This document shows, in pieces, positions 8,013 to 16,317 of a DNA stretch of 54,125 bases; position 1 is the stretch's first letter; every line of letters begins with the position of its first letter. Position numbers and translations under genes: made by a program. Source of the DNA: Thermoplasmata archaeon (GTDB lineage Archaea > Thermoplasmatota > E2 > UBA202 > JdFR-43). The notes under the pieces are model-generated. The model did no database searches and was not told the origin of the DNA. It was given only the letters and a program-made list of their open reading frames with translations. The stretch covers positions 1 to 54,125 of the forward strand of contig JAGGZK010000053.1 in assembly GCA_021162065.1 (NCBI GenBank), written 5' to 3'.

Positions 8013-8774
8013 TTATTTCTTTCTATTTTTTTCGATTTTTTCCATTATCTTCTCAATCTCTATGAGATGTTTTGCGATCTCTTTTATTGCTTTCTTAGAG
8101 GTAATAGCACTAACAATCATCGCAATGGCTGTTATAATAACCATGCCTCCCGTCACAAGTACCATCCATTTTTGCCATTCTACTAAGTTTTTCGTTTCTA
8201 TTGCAGTTACTAATTGTTGAACAGCGGAAGGAGATAAAACTTCAATTCCTTTTCTGTTTCCATAATAATTAATCACTTTGCTATTTTTATCGAAATTCCA
8301 AATATTTCCTTTATATTCACATACATAAGTTGAATGATTGGTTTGAATTTCAATTGTCCATATTCCAGTTTCATTCAAAATTAGAGGTTTTTCTGGATTT
8401 AAATCCCAATATGATGAAATATATAGTATCGTCTTTTTGTAATGCCAATTATAATCTTTTACCATGTTAATATATCTTGTATGTCCGCTTGGTGAAATTA
8501 TAATAAGTCTTTCTATTGAAATGTTTGATGTAGAATCCAGTTGATAAATCCTGATATACATTATATTTTCATATAATTCAAATTGATCTTCTGAGAGATA
8601 TTTATTTCTATAATGGGATTCAAATTCCAATTTTATCGCAGTTGCAGAACCATAAATTTTTCCAGCCCATTCCGAGACGGTTTTCCAACTATTGTCATAA
8701 TAAGCATAAGTATTTAAATTAAATAGTAAAATAGCTATACTAACAATCGCCAGAGAAAATTTTATCTTTTCCAT
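8013..8774 (-). CDS. Secreted/membrane protein whose cytoplasmic C-terminus is a repressor-tail copy
   Basis: Signal peptide, beta-rich domain, TM helix, then KEIAKHLIEIEKIMEK identical to the repressor tail. Confidence 0.75.
   Translation of the reverse strand: MEKIKFSLAIVSIAILLFNLNTYAYYDNSWKTVSEWAGKIYGSATAIKLEFESHYRNKYLSEDQFELYENIMYIRIYQLDSTSNISIERLIIISPSGHTRYINMVKDYNWHYKKTILYISSYWDLNPEKPLILNETGIWTIEIQTNHSTYVCEYKGNIWNFDKNSKVINYYGNRKGIEVLSPSAVQQLVTAIETKNLVEWQKWMVLVTGGMVIITAIAMIVSAITSKKAIKEIAKHLIEIEKIMEKIEKNRKK
8042..8085 (-). repeat. Repressor-tail copy C (in-frame fusion)
   Basis: 44 bp identical to 8782-8825. Confidence 0.9.
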
Positions 8775-8854
8775 TCTTTCACCATTATCTTCTCAATCTC
8801 TATGAGATGTTTTGCGATCTCTTTTCCTTCTGGAGTGAGCCAATACCACTTCAT
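8762..8854 (-). repeat. Repressor-tail copy B, 30 aa mini-ORF MKWYWLTPEGKEIAKHLIEIEKIMVKEWKR
   Basis: 8782-8836 matches 9361-9415 at 53/55 nt; ATG overlaps the upstream stop (ATGA) and its end overlaps the downstream start. Confidence 0.88.
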
Positions 8855-9330
8855 TTTAACCTTCCTATTTCCTTTTCTATAGCAATTACAAACTTTTTCA
8901 ATTCACCAAATTTGGCTCTTTGAATACTCCATTTCATCTTATCTGTTGTGGAAAATCCAGATACAATGAAATTTAGAGAACACTTATTATAATCGTAAAT
9001 GCCTTGCCCAATCAGGGAAATCGAAAAGATGATTGTAAAGATCATAAGAATAGTGGATAATTCGTTATCATTTATCCCAAAAATTTCTAAAAAATAGCCC
9101 CAGAAAAACGATAGTATAAATATGACTACTCCTGCTATTATCCACCCTATCCAGTTATGAAAAATCATGGAAAGAGAAACAATATGGGGATAAAATAACA
9201 TATCTACTTTTTCTTGGGATCCTCCCTTATGCCTTATGATTTTTTTATTTGTAGCATAAAAATCGATACCATATTGTGAAAATTTTGCTATAACTTCTTC
9301 ATCCTCATCGAGATAATCTTTCAGAGGCAT
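8851..9330 (-). CDS. Membrane protein, possible bacterial-PH-like domain with inserted TM hairpin
   Basis: YLDEDEEVI...FYATNKKII N-terminus, two TM helices, C-terminal helix; starts 1 nt after the repressor stop. Confidence 0.65.
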   Translation of the reverse strand: MPLKDYLDEDEEVIAKFSQYGIDFYATNKKIIRHKGGSQEKVDMLFYPHIVSLSMIFHNWIGWIIAGVVIFILSFFWGYFLEIFGINDNELSTILMIFTIIFSISLIGQGIYDYNKCSLNFIVSGFSTTDKMKWSIQRAKFGELKKFVIAIEKEIGRLK

Positions 9331-9331
9331 G

Positions 9332-9616
9332 TTATCCCTCTCTCTTTTTCTCCATCTTTTCCATTATCTTCTCAATCTCTATGAGATGTTTGGCAATCTC
9401 TTTTCCTTCTGGAGTAAGAAAAATCCATTTCTTTCCTCCGAATTTGTCCTCTATTTCCCAATCTATTAAACCCTGTTCTCTTAATTCTTTAACTCTATCT
9501 ACTAATTGACCTCCTTTCATACCAACAAAATCTCCTAATTCATCCTGATATAACTTACCTTTGTCTAAAAGAATGGATAATATTTCAATACTTCCCTTTT
9601 TTCCAAATATTCTCAC
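9332..9616 (-). CDS. Winged-helix (HxlR/MarR-like) transcriptional regulator, putative proviral repressor
   Basis: SIEILSIL..LYQDEL..RVKELREQGLI..WIFLTPEGKEIA wHTH pattern; GTG at 9616 preferred over TTG at 9697. Confidence 0.8.
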   Translation of the reverse strand: MRIFGKKGSIEILSILLDKGKLYQDELGDFVGMKGGQLVDRVKELREQGLIDWEIEDKFGGKKWIFLTPEGKEIAKHLIEIEKIMEKMEKKREG

Positions 9617-9742
9617 AATAGTAAAATAGTAATTTATATCTAAATTTGATTTTCTATCTTTGTAGATTTTAAGAAAATAATAAAGTTTATAAACCAATTT
9701 GTATTATCTTTTTGTAGAAATTTAGAAAGTAGGAGGAATAAT
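9617..9742. promoter_or_regulatory. Divergent promoter/operator region (genetic-switch-like)
   Basis: AT-rich gap between divergent regulators; TTTATAAA at 9686-9693; repeated TATCTTT(TT)GTAGA; AGGAGG RBS before 9743. Confidence 0.55.
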
Positions 9743-9973
9743 ATGGAAAGAGGAAATGGAAATGAATGGAAAAGTGTTGGTGTTCGTCCTGTTGTCATAA
9801 AAATGCTGGAGAAGTTGCAGGCACATTACCATTACAGGAACGGGGAAAAGATGAGTTATGGAGCCATCGTTGAGAAGTTGGTAACTGCCGAGTTTTCCGC
9901 CCTGGGGCTTGAGTTGAACGGAAATGAGGAAAGGGAAAGGGAGGAGAGGAAAGAGTTGGAGGTGGTAACGTGA
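9743..9973 (+). CDS. Small putative DNA-binding protein (RHH-like), first gene of rightward operon
   Basis: WKSVGV strand followed by two helices; strong RBS. Confidence 0.6.
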   Translation: MERGNGNEWKSVGVRPVVIKMLEKLQAHYHYRNGEKMSYGAIVEKLVTAEFSALGLELNGNEEREREERKELEVVT

Positions 9974-10173
9974 AGTTGTGGAAGAAAGTGTATTTCTTCT
10001 TTGGATTCTTTGGAGGTGTTTTTGGATTTCTAACAAGCATAATATTCGAAGATTCTTTTAGCAATGCCGAGTTTTTGCCTTTATTCCTCCTCGTCATATC
10101 TGGAATGCTTCTTGGGGTGCCATTTGGAATGGTTATAGATAAAGAAATTTCAAGGAAGGAGGCGATAGCATGA
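9970..10173 (+). CDS. Small 2-TM membrane protein
   Basis: GTGA overlap, GGAGGTG RBS, two hydrophobic helices. Confidence 0.65.
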   Translation: MKLWKKVYFFFGFFGGVFGFLTSIIFEDSFSNAEFLPLFLLVISGMLLGVPFGMVIDKEISRKEAIA

Positions 10174-10298
10174 TTTCTGAAAACACTTGGTTAGGAAGAT
10201 TTTATAAACCAGAGAACAAAGAGGAAGAAGAATGGCTTAGACAAGCAGGATATAGGAAAATTGTATGTGGTTTTGGGATGGGGTGGTGGCACAAATGA
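10170..10298 (+). CDS. 42 aa hypothetical protein (not in ORF track)
   Basis: MISENTWLGRFYKPENKEEEEWLRQAGYRKIVCGFGMGWWHK; ATGA overlaps at both ends; GGAGG RBS. Confidence 0.55.
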   Translation: MISENTWLGRFYKPENKEEEEWLRQAGYRKIVCGFGMGWWHK

Positions 10299-10465
10299 GA
10301 TTGAAATGCCCCAAGTGTGGATATGAGCAGCCGTCCACGAACCCTGAGGAGGATAGAAAGGCATGGGGGGAGTTGGTGGCTGCCGGCGTTTATCGCTGTC
10401 CATTGTGTGGTGGAAAAATGGAATTTGATGAGGAAGAGAAAATGGAGATATTAGAGGAGGGATGA
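10295..10465 (+). CDS. Zn-ribbon protein
   Basis: CPKC...CPLC; ATGA coupling at 10295. Confidence 0.7.
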   Translation: MRLKCPKCGYEQPSTNPEEDRKAWGELVAAGVYRCPLCGGKMEFDEEEKMEILEEG

Positions 10466-10468
10466 GGT

Positions 10469-10744
10469 ATGAGGGATGAAAGAATAAAAACGATAGATGT
10501 GGTTGATGAGGTTATCAAAATACCAGAAGAGATCATCAAATTTCCTTTGGTTATCAGACAACCATTCCTGACCGAAATTCGTTATAAACCAAATGAATTT
10601 GGAGTGCAAACAGTTAGAATGTGGTTCAAAGAGAAACCACAAATTCCTGAAGATGAAATCATAATCAATGGAAAGCGATTCAAGGTGAATTTCATAGATA
10701 CAAACAACCGATTAGGAATGTTTTTTGATATGCTGGAGGGATAA
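10469..10744 (+). CDS. Hypothetical protein
   Basis: 91 aa ORF in operon with RBS. Confidence 0.6.
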   Translation: MRDERIKTIDVVDEVIKIPEEIIKFPLVIRQPFLTEIRYKPNEFGVQTVRMWFKEKPQIPEDEIIINGKRFKVNFIDTNNRLGMFFDMLEG

Positions 10745-10745
10745 A

Positions 10746-10886
10746 ATGGTAGAGGCAGAATGTATGGAATGTGGCAATACCTTTTTGTTGTCGGGTGTAG
10801 AATTGATAAGGTTGTATAGAGGAGAAAAGGTAAACTGTCCAATTTGCGGAAGCAAGGTAAAACTCATAGAGGAGGTGGTGGTTTGA
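10746..10886 (+). CDS. 46 aa Zn-ribbon protein (not in ORF track)
   Basis: MVEAECMECGNTF...VNCPICGSKVKL; GGAGG RBS; fills the operon gap exactly. Confidence 0.7.
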   Translation: MVEAECMECGNTFLLSGVELIRLYRGEKVNCPICGSKVKLIEEVVV

Positions 10887-11254
10887 GGGGAATTATAGAG
10901 GTTGGGATGGATGACGGGAGGAGAATGATTTACCGGGACGGGAACCGGCTCCATCTCGCTGTCAGGGGGGACAGCGTGGGGGGAGTCGTAAGAACGAGAA
11001 GGGTGAAGTCCATCGAGTTCGTTCCCTTGGATGATCTTGAGGGCATAAGGTATAATGGCGGTTTGCTGGAGAAAGACATAGTATACATTGACGGAAGTTT
11101 TGACTGGCAGCGTGGCGTTGTGATAGGAAAGATGGGATCCATGTTGTTTGTGAGGAAAAGGGATCTGTTCGACGGCACGGATCTCGACAGAAAGGAGAGA
11201 GTGCCGATTGAGAATGTCGTTGGGGTGGTGAAGGATAGACATGAGGAGAGTTGA
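10883..11254 (+). CDS. Hypothetical beta-rich protein
   Basis: TTG overlapping upstream stop with GGAGGTG RBS; overlaps integrase start. Confidence 0.6.
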   Translation: MRGIIEVGMDDGRRMIYRDGNRLHLAVRGDSVGGVVRTRRVKSIEFVPLDDLEGIRYNGGLLEKDIVYIDGSFDWQRGVVIGKMGSMLFVRKRDLFDGTDLDRKERVPIENVVGVVKDRHEES

Positions 11255-12242
11255 TCCTGAGACATGGAACCGATTCATCAATCATTGCTATGCTGAACAG
11301 CAGTTATCAGAGAAAACCATCATGGTTACCGTCAGGGCGTTAAAATACCTTGAGAGATGGGGCATGGATTTGATGGCTGACGAGAAAACCCTCAAGGAAA
11401 AGGCGATGGAGTATTTTGCCTTCAGGAGATTAAACGAGGGAGCGGAGGGGACAACCCTGAACCTGTATGTGAAGGCGTTAAACAGGTGGTGTGCATTTCG
11501 TGGCTTCGATTTGAGATTCAAGAAGTATAAGGAGATCTCTCCACCCCGTCGCATTCCGGTTACATCCGACATAAGGAAATTGCTGGACGTGTGCAAGGGC
11601 AGGGATCCGATAAGCAAGAGAGATCGGACATTGATTTATTTCATGGTGAACACCGGCTTGAGAAGGGAAGAGGTTGCCAATTTAAAACTCTCCGACATTG
11701 ACTGGAAAAACGGGTTTATCAAGGTGAAGGGAAAGGGAGGGAAAATCAGGATGGTGGCTGTCCCTTCGAGAGTGCTGGAAGGTAAAACAGCCCCATCGCT
11801 TAAAAACTATATCGAGAGATGGAGATTCCCGACCCACAGCACGGCTCTTTTCACCACACAGAGGGGCAAAATAACCCCTCAGATCGTGGGTAAGATAGTG
11901 AGAACCAGGGCAAGAGAGGCGGGCATGCCATGGATCCATGCTCATTCATTGAGGCATTACTATGCCACCAATCTTTTGAGGGCAGGCGTGAACATCCGCA
12001 TTGTCCAGGAATTGCTGGGACATGCTGACATCAAAACCACAGGAATATATCTCCATATCATCGAGGGAGATCTGAGGAAAGCGGTCGAGAATGAGAATAT
12101 TGAGGATCCTCTGAAAGTTCGCATAAGGAGAAAAACCAAGACCCCCCGAAAATCGGGCATGCTTGACAAAAAAATATGGGAAGAACGAAAATGCTCCCGC
12201 CGGGATTTGAACCCGGGTCTTCGGCTCGAGAGGCCGAGATGA
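11241..12242 (+). CDS. int: Tyrosine recombinase/integrase
   Basis: TGLRREE (R), KGKGGK (K), HSLRH, LLGH, TTGIY (Y) all intact; adjacent to tRNA. Confidence 0.95.
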   Translation: MRRVDPETWNRFINHCYAEQQLSEKTIMVTVRALKYLERWGMDLMADEKTLKEKAMEYFAFRRLNEGAEGTTLNLYVKALNRWCAFRGFDLRFKKYKEISPPRRIPVTSDIRKLLDVCKGRDPISKRDRTLIYFMVNTGLRREEVANLKLSDIDWKNGFIKVKGKGGKIRMVAVPSRVLEGKTAPSLKNYIERWRFPTHSTALFTTQRGKITPQIVGKIVRTRAREAGMPWIHAHSLRHYYATNLLRAGVNIRIVQELLGHADIKTTGIYLHIIEGDLRKAVENENIEDPLKVRIRRKTKTPRKSGMLDKKIWEERKCSRRDLNPGLRLERPR

Positions 12243-12266
12243 TTGGCCGGACTACACCACGGGAGC
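12192..12266 (-). tRNA. tRNA-Glu(CTC), integration target
   Basis: GCTCCCG acceptor stem, TCGGC-CT-CTC-GA-GCCGA anticodon arm, CCGGG-TTCAAAT-CCCGG T arm. Confidence 0.97.
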
Positions 12267-12392
12267 TTAGGGAAGTATATGCAAACTGATTTTTAACTAT
12301 TTTGTTTCTGCTGTGGGAAATCAAAAACAGATTGGCCGTATATGCACAATCAAATTCCCAAAACAATTATATGATGGAAATATTTTAGATGC

Positions 12393-13895
12393 ATGAAGAT
12401 CCATCCTGCCGCCATATCCCTCCTGATAATACTTTCCATTCTTTCTACATCCTCTCTCTCCTTCAACAGATCAGCCCTTTACCTGAACATCGACTGCTCT
12501 CTTACAGAGGGAAAAATAAAATATTTCTCCGAAATAAATTCCGGGCCATTGCCCATTCACTATATTAAAGATGGCGTGGATATAACAGAGCAGTATAAAC
12601 AGATAGGTATAAATTTTGTGAGGACCCATGATTTTTATGGCCCCACGGATATAAGCACCATTTTTCCCAACTGGAGTGCGGATGTAAACAACCCAGCAAG
12701 CTACAATTTCACCTCAAGCGATGAGGTTATTGAGTCAATAGTAAATGCGGGCTGCCATGTATTTTATCGCCTCGGCGAAAGCGCCAGTGATAATGAAAAA
12801 CTACGACAACCTCCCGAAAATTTCACCAAATGGGCGGAGATATGCAAGCACATAGTGATGCACTATAACGATGGATGGGCAAATGGATACCACTACAACA
12901 TAACCTACTGGGAGATATGGAATGAACCCGATTTAAGTGGATTCTGGAACGGAACGGCGGAGCAATATTATGAATTGTACAGAATAACAGCAACAACATT
13001 GAAAAACTACAATGCCTCCATCAAGGTGGGCGGCCCATGCACCTCCTCCGTGACCAACAAGAATTTCACCACAGGTTTTCTCGATTATGTCACAGAAAAT
13101 GACATCCCTCTGGATTTCTTTTCCTGGCATATGTATTCCTCCCATCCATATGAACTTCAAATGGCATCCCTCTATATCAGAAATCTTCTCGATGTCTATG
13201 GATTAAAAGATTGCGAGAACATAAATACCGAATGGAATGTAAACATACTCTCCCCCCAGCGTGATAAAGACAATGCCAAAAATGCCGCCTTCACCGCCTG
13301 CACCATGATGGCATGGCAAAGGGCGGGCATGGACTATGCTTTCCGTTACAGAGGCACTCAGGACAACAACTGGCTTGCCAGATTGCTGGGCTTCGATTTA
13401 TCCCTCTTCGCCTACGATGGCACATATAAAAGACCTGCTTTAACATATCTTGCCATGAATTATATGGTGAAAGATACGCCCCTCATGATTCAAACGCCCC
13501 CTTTTAATGTCTCCCAGGGGATTGCATACCTTGCGGGAATTGACGAGAAGAGAAGCAACATATCCATTCTGGTAAGCAACTACGACTCGCCGGATAAAAC
13601 CTTCACCATAAATCTCACCAATCTTCCATGGGAGAAAAGCAGCATAATTCATTACCTCATAGATGAAAAACATCATCTTCAGATAGTGGAGGAGAGGAAT
13701 ATCAACGGAATATCATCCAATATAACCATCCCTCTGAACAAAAACAGCGTACATTTTATTCGCATTACATCCTCGCCTGTAATTCCTGCAGAGGGGCCGG
13801 AGGTGGCACCAATACCTCTATGGATGAAACTTCGCTTTCTTGACCCTGTGACAAAACTTCTCGGAATCCTTTTGCTGATGCTTGTCTTCGGATGA
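12393..13895 (+). CDS. Glycoside hydrolase family 39-like, secreted and C-terminally anchored
   Basis: VRTHD, YWEIWNEPD acid/base, DFFSWH, INTEWN nucleophile; signal peptide and C-terminal hydrophobic tail. Confidence 0.85.
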   Translation: MKIHPAAISLLIILSILSTSSLSFNRSALYLNIDCSLTEGKIKYFSEINSGPLPIHYIKDGVDITEQYKQIGINFVRTHDFYGPTDISTIFPNWSADVNNPASYNFTSSDEVIESIVNAGCHVFYRLGESASDNEKLRQPPENFTKWAEICKHIVMHYNDGWANGYHYNITYWEIWNEPDLSGFWNGTAEQYYELYRITATTLKNYNASIKVGGPCTSSVTNKNFTTGFLDYVTENDIPLDFFSWHMYSSHPYELQMASLYIRNLLDVYGLKDCENINTEWNVNILSPQRDKDNAKNAAFTACTMMAWQRAGMDYAFRYRGTQDNNWLARLLGFDLSLFAYDGTYKRPALTYLAMNYMVKDTPLMIQTPPFNVSQGIAYLAGIDEKRSNISILVSNYDSPDKTFTINLTNLPWEKSSIIHYLIDEKHHLQIVEERNINGISSNITIPLNKNSVHFIRITSSPVIPAEGPEVAPIPLWMKLRFLDPVTKLLGILLLMLVFG

Positions 13896-14876
13896 TTATA
13901 TTATGCTCCTCTCAAGGAGATGAACAATATCCACAACCTCCCCATACTCCTTCAGATGGCCATAGCAGTGGGGCGATGCTGTGACAATGGTGGCATTCTT
14001 TTCCCTTGCCTCCTTTATTAAATGCATTGCCAGCTCCTCCGCCTCCTGAGGGAATGCTCTTCTGAACTCTATCTCTCCTCCGCATTGTTTTGCCCTCTCT
14101 CTCCTTTCATCAAATTCCACGAGGTTGGCAACTCTTCCAATCAACTCCCTCGGCTCGTCATATATGCCAAGATATCTTCCCAGAAAGGAGGAATCGTGGT
14201 ATATATATCTCTTTTCCTCTCTCTTCATTTCAGGGTTTAGCGAAAGGACAAACTGGGTTATGTGCATAGGATTGAATTCTCTTAAAGCAAGCATTCCGTT
14301 GGGGCATGAAAGCACCACTTTTTCTATATTCTTCTCCCTCAACTTTTTCCCTATATCTGTTTCAACCTTTCTTCCGATTTTCTCAATCGGATGACCGCAA
14401 CATCCGCCTACAATGGTGACATCAACACCCAGTTTATCGAAAAGAGAGATGACGGCATCCTTCATTTCCTTTTTCACCATGCATCCCATGATAAAGGCTA
14501 TTCTGCTGCCATCTCTCTCGAAGTTTTCCTCTCCAAGAATGTTGTTTGTTCTCCTGAAGTTATCCACAAGGATTTCATGCTCCGGTAACAGCGTGCTTAA
14601 TTCAAAGCGGGCCGCCTTTATTATATCCGTTATTTTTATCAGAGAGGGGCAGTCCACCTCGCATCTCTTACAGAGGGTGCATTTCTGCAACGCCCTAACC
14701 ATCTCCATGTTCTCTTCCAGTTCTTTGGTGTATAATCCATAGGCAAGCATTATTTTCCCCTTGGGATAATCGCTTTCCTTCTCAGGAAATTCATAGGCAG
14801 CATAGGATTTCTTGCAGAAGGCGCAACCGGTGCAGCTCAACATCTCATCATGATACTTCTCCAGCATCTTCATCAC
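13896..14876 (-). CDS. Fe-S oxidoreductase subunit (GlcF/GlpC-like, CCG domains)
   Basis: CTLCKRCEVDCP ferredoxin motif, GGCCG, SCP; coupled to the FAD oxidoreductase. Confidence 0.85.
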   Translation of the reverse strand: MMKMLEKYHDEMLSCTGCAFCKKSYAAYEFPEKESDYPKGKIMLAYGLYTKELEENMEMVRALQKCTLCKRCEVDCPSLIKITDIIKAARFELSTLLPEHEILVDNFRRTNNILGEENFERDGSRIAFIMGCMVKKEMKDAVISLFDKLGVDVTIVGGCCGHPIEKIGRKVETDIGKKLREKNIEKVVLSCPNGMLALREFNPMHITQFVLSLNPEMKREEKRYIYHDSSFLGRYLGIYDEPRELIGRVANLVEFDERRERAKQCGGEIEFRRAFPQEAEELAMHLIKEAREKNATIVTASPHCYGHLKEYGEVVDIVHLLERSII

Positions 14877-16270
14877 CTATACCTCAAATGGGAAATTATG
14901 CTTCCTTTCCACTGTGTCATCTTCCCGGGATTCATTATATTATTTGGATCTATGGCCTTCTTTATCATCTCCATCGTCTCCACATCTCCATTTATCCACG
15001 GCGCCTTGCTTATACCTATCCCATGTTCGCCGCTTGCTATTCCTCCAAGCCTTTCCACCGCTTTATATATTTCGGCCACCGCCTTTTCAGCCCTCTTCCA
15101 TTCATCCTCCTCCTTGGGATTTATCAATACCTTGGTATGGAGATTGCCATCCCCCGCATGGCCATATGTGCCTATAATTATGTTGTATTTCTTTGCTATC
15201 TCCTGAAATTCCTTTATGGCATATGGTATTTTGGATATGGGCACACACATGTCATCGGCAAGGCTTACCGATACCCTGTCTTCACCATATCTTGAAAGAG
15301 AGGGAAGCACTCCCTTCCTTCCTTTCCACAGATTGGCCATTTCCTCATCATCATAGGTGAACTCTATATTTTTCACCCTTCCCTTCAATATCTCCGCCAC
15401 CTTTTTTATATTCTCTCTCACCTCCCCCTCTTTCCCATCCACCTCTATGAGCAATATGGCTTCCACATCCGGCAGCCCTATATCCATGGCGTTGTTGACG
15501 GCCTGTATGCATACATGATCCATTATCTCAAGGGCAGATGGAATTAACCCGCTGCCAATTATGGCTGCCACTCCCTCCCCCGCCTTAACCACATCATCGA
15601 AGGAGGCGAGGGCGACACCTCTCTTTTCAGGCAGAGGAGAAATGCGTAGCGTTGCCTCCGTAATTATGCCCAGCGTCCCCTCACTGCCCACCATGAGGCG
15701 CTCAATTTGATAGCCCGCAGAATTTTTCAGCGTTCTGCTTCCAAGTCTTACCCTGCCATGGGGAAAAACCACCTCCATTCCGAGGATATAATCACGGGTC
15801 GCTCCATATTTTATGGCCCTCATGCCAGAGGCGTTGGCGGCTATCATTCCCCCTATGGTGCACACATCCCCGCTTCCAGGCGAGGGAGGGAAAAAGAAGC
15901 CATACTCTGCCAGCGCTTCGTTGAGTTTGGCGTATATAACGCCGGGCTCCACCACGCAGTAAAGATCTTCGATATGAATCTCCTTTATTCTGTTCATGGA
16001 TGTCATGTCAAGAAGTATGCCGCCTTCAATGGGCACCGCCTGCCCCGATAGCCCTGTGCCGGCTCCCCTCGCCACAACTGGAATGAGATACTGGTTTGCT
16101 ATGCCCACTATTTTTTCCACCTCTTCCGCATTTTTTACCCTTACAACAACATCCGGCATGGCATGGTGAATGGAAGCATCAAACCCGTAGGCATACAAAT
16201 CTGGTTTATCAGTGAGAACCCTGCTTTCATCCACGATTTTTCTTATCTCATCCACGATTTTCTGTTCCAT
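14873..16270 (-). CDS. FAD-linked 2-hydroxyacid dehydrogenase (GlcD/D-lactate dehydrogenase family)
   Basis: RGAGTGLSG, GSEGTLGIIT, GHAGDGNLH, SGEHGIG, DPNNIMNPGK. Confidence 0.92.
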   Translation of the reverse strand: MEQKIVDEIRKIVDESRVLTDKPDLYAYGFDASIHHAMPDVVVRVKNAEEVEKIVGIANQYLIPVVARGAGTGLSGQAVPIEGGILLDMTSMNRIKEIHIEDLYCVVEPGVIYAKLNEALAEYGFFFPPSPGSGDVCTIGGMIAANASGMRAIKYGATRDYILGMEVVFPHGRVRLGSRTLKNSAGYQIERLMVGSEGTLGIITEATLRISPLPEKRGVALASFDDVVKAGEGVAAIIGSGLIPSALEIMDHVCIQAVNNAMDIGLPDVEAILLIEVDGKEGEVRENIKKVAEILKGRVKNIEFTYDDEEMANLWKGRKGVLPSLSRYGEDRVSVSLADDMCVPISKIPYAIKEFQEIAKKYNIIIGTYGHAGDGNLHTKVLINPKEEDEWKRAEKAVAEIYKAVERLGGIASGEHGIGISKAPWINGDVETMEMIKKAIDPNNIMNPGKMTQWKGSIISHLRYR

Positions 16271-16317
16271 AATGGAAAAGCGATTATTATTTATTTTTTG
16301 TTGCATGATGAAGATTC

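Larger units (their letters stand above)
1..12242. mobile_element. Integrated provirus/integrative element (pleomorphic-virus-like or pT26-2-like), left end outside window, right end at tRNA-Glu
   Basis: Tyrosine integrase abutting the 3' end of a tRNA; block of membrane proteins plus P-loop NTPase; divergent regulators; small Zn-finger ORFs; AT-rich cargo; host housekeeping genes begin right after the tRNA. Confidence 0.88.

Noticed and set aside
8042-9415. Direct repeats as a CRISPR array or IS ends
   Set aside because: Spacing is gene-sized (about 0.6-1.3 kb), the repeats are protein-coding, and there are no cas or transposase genes.
1-12190. attL copy of the tRNA-Glu 3' end and a replication gene
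   Set aside because: Not seen in the window; presumably left of position 1, so element size and replication mode cannot be called.
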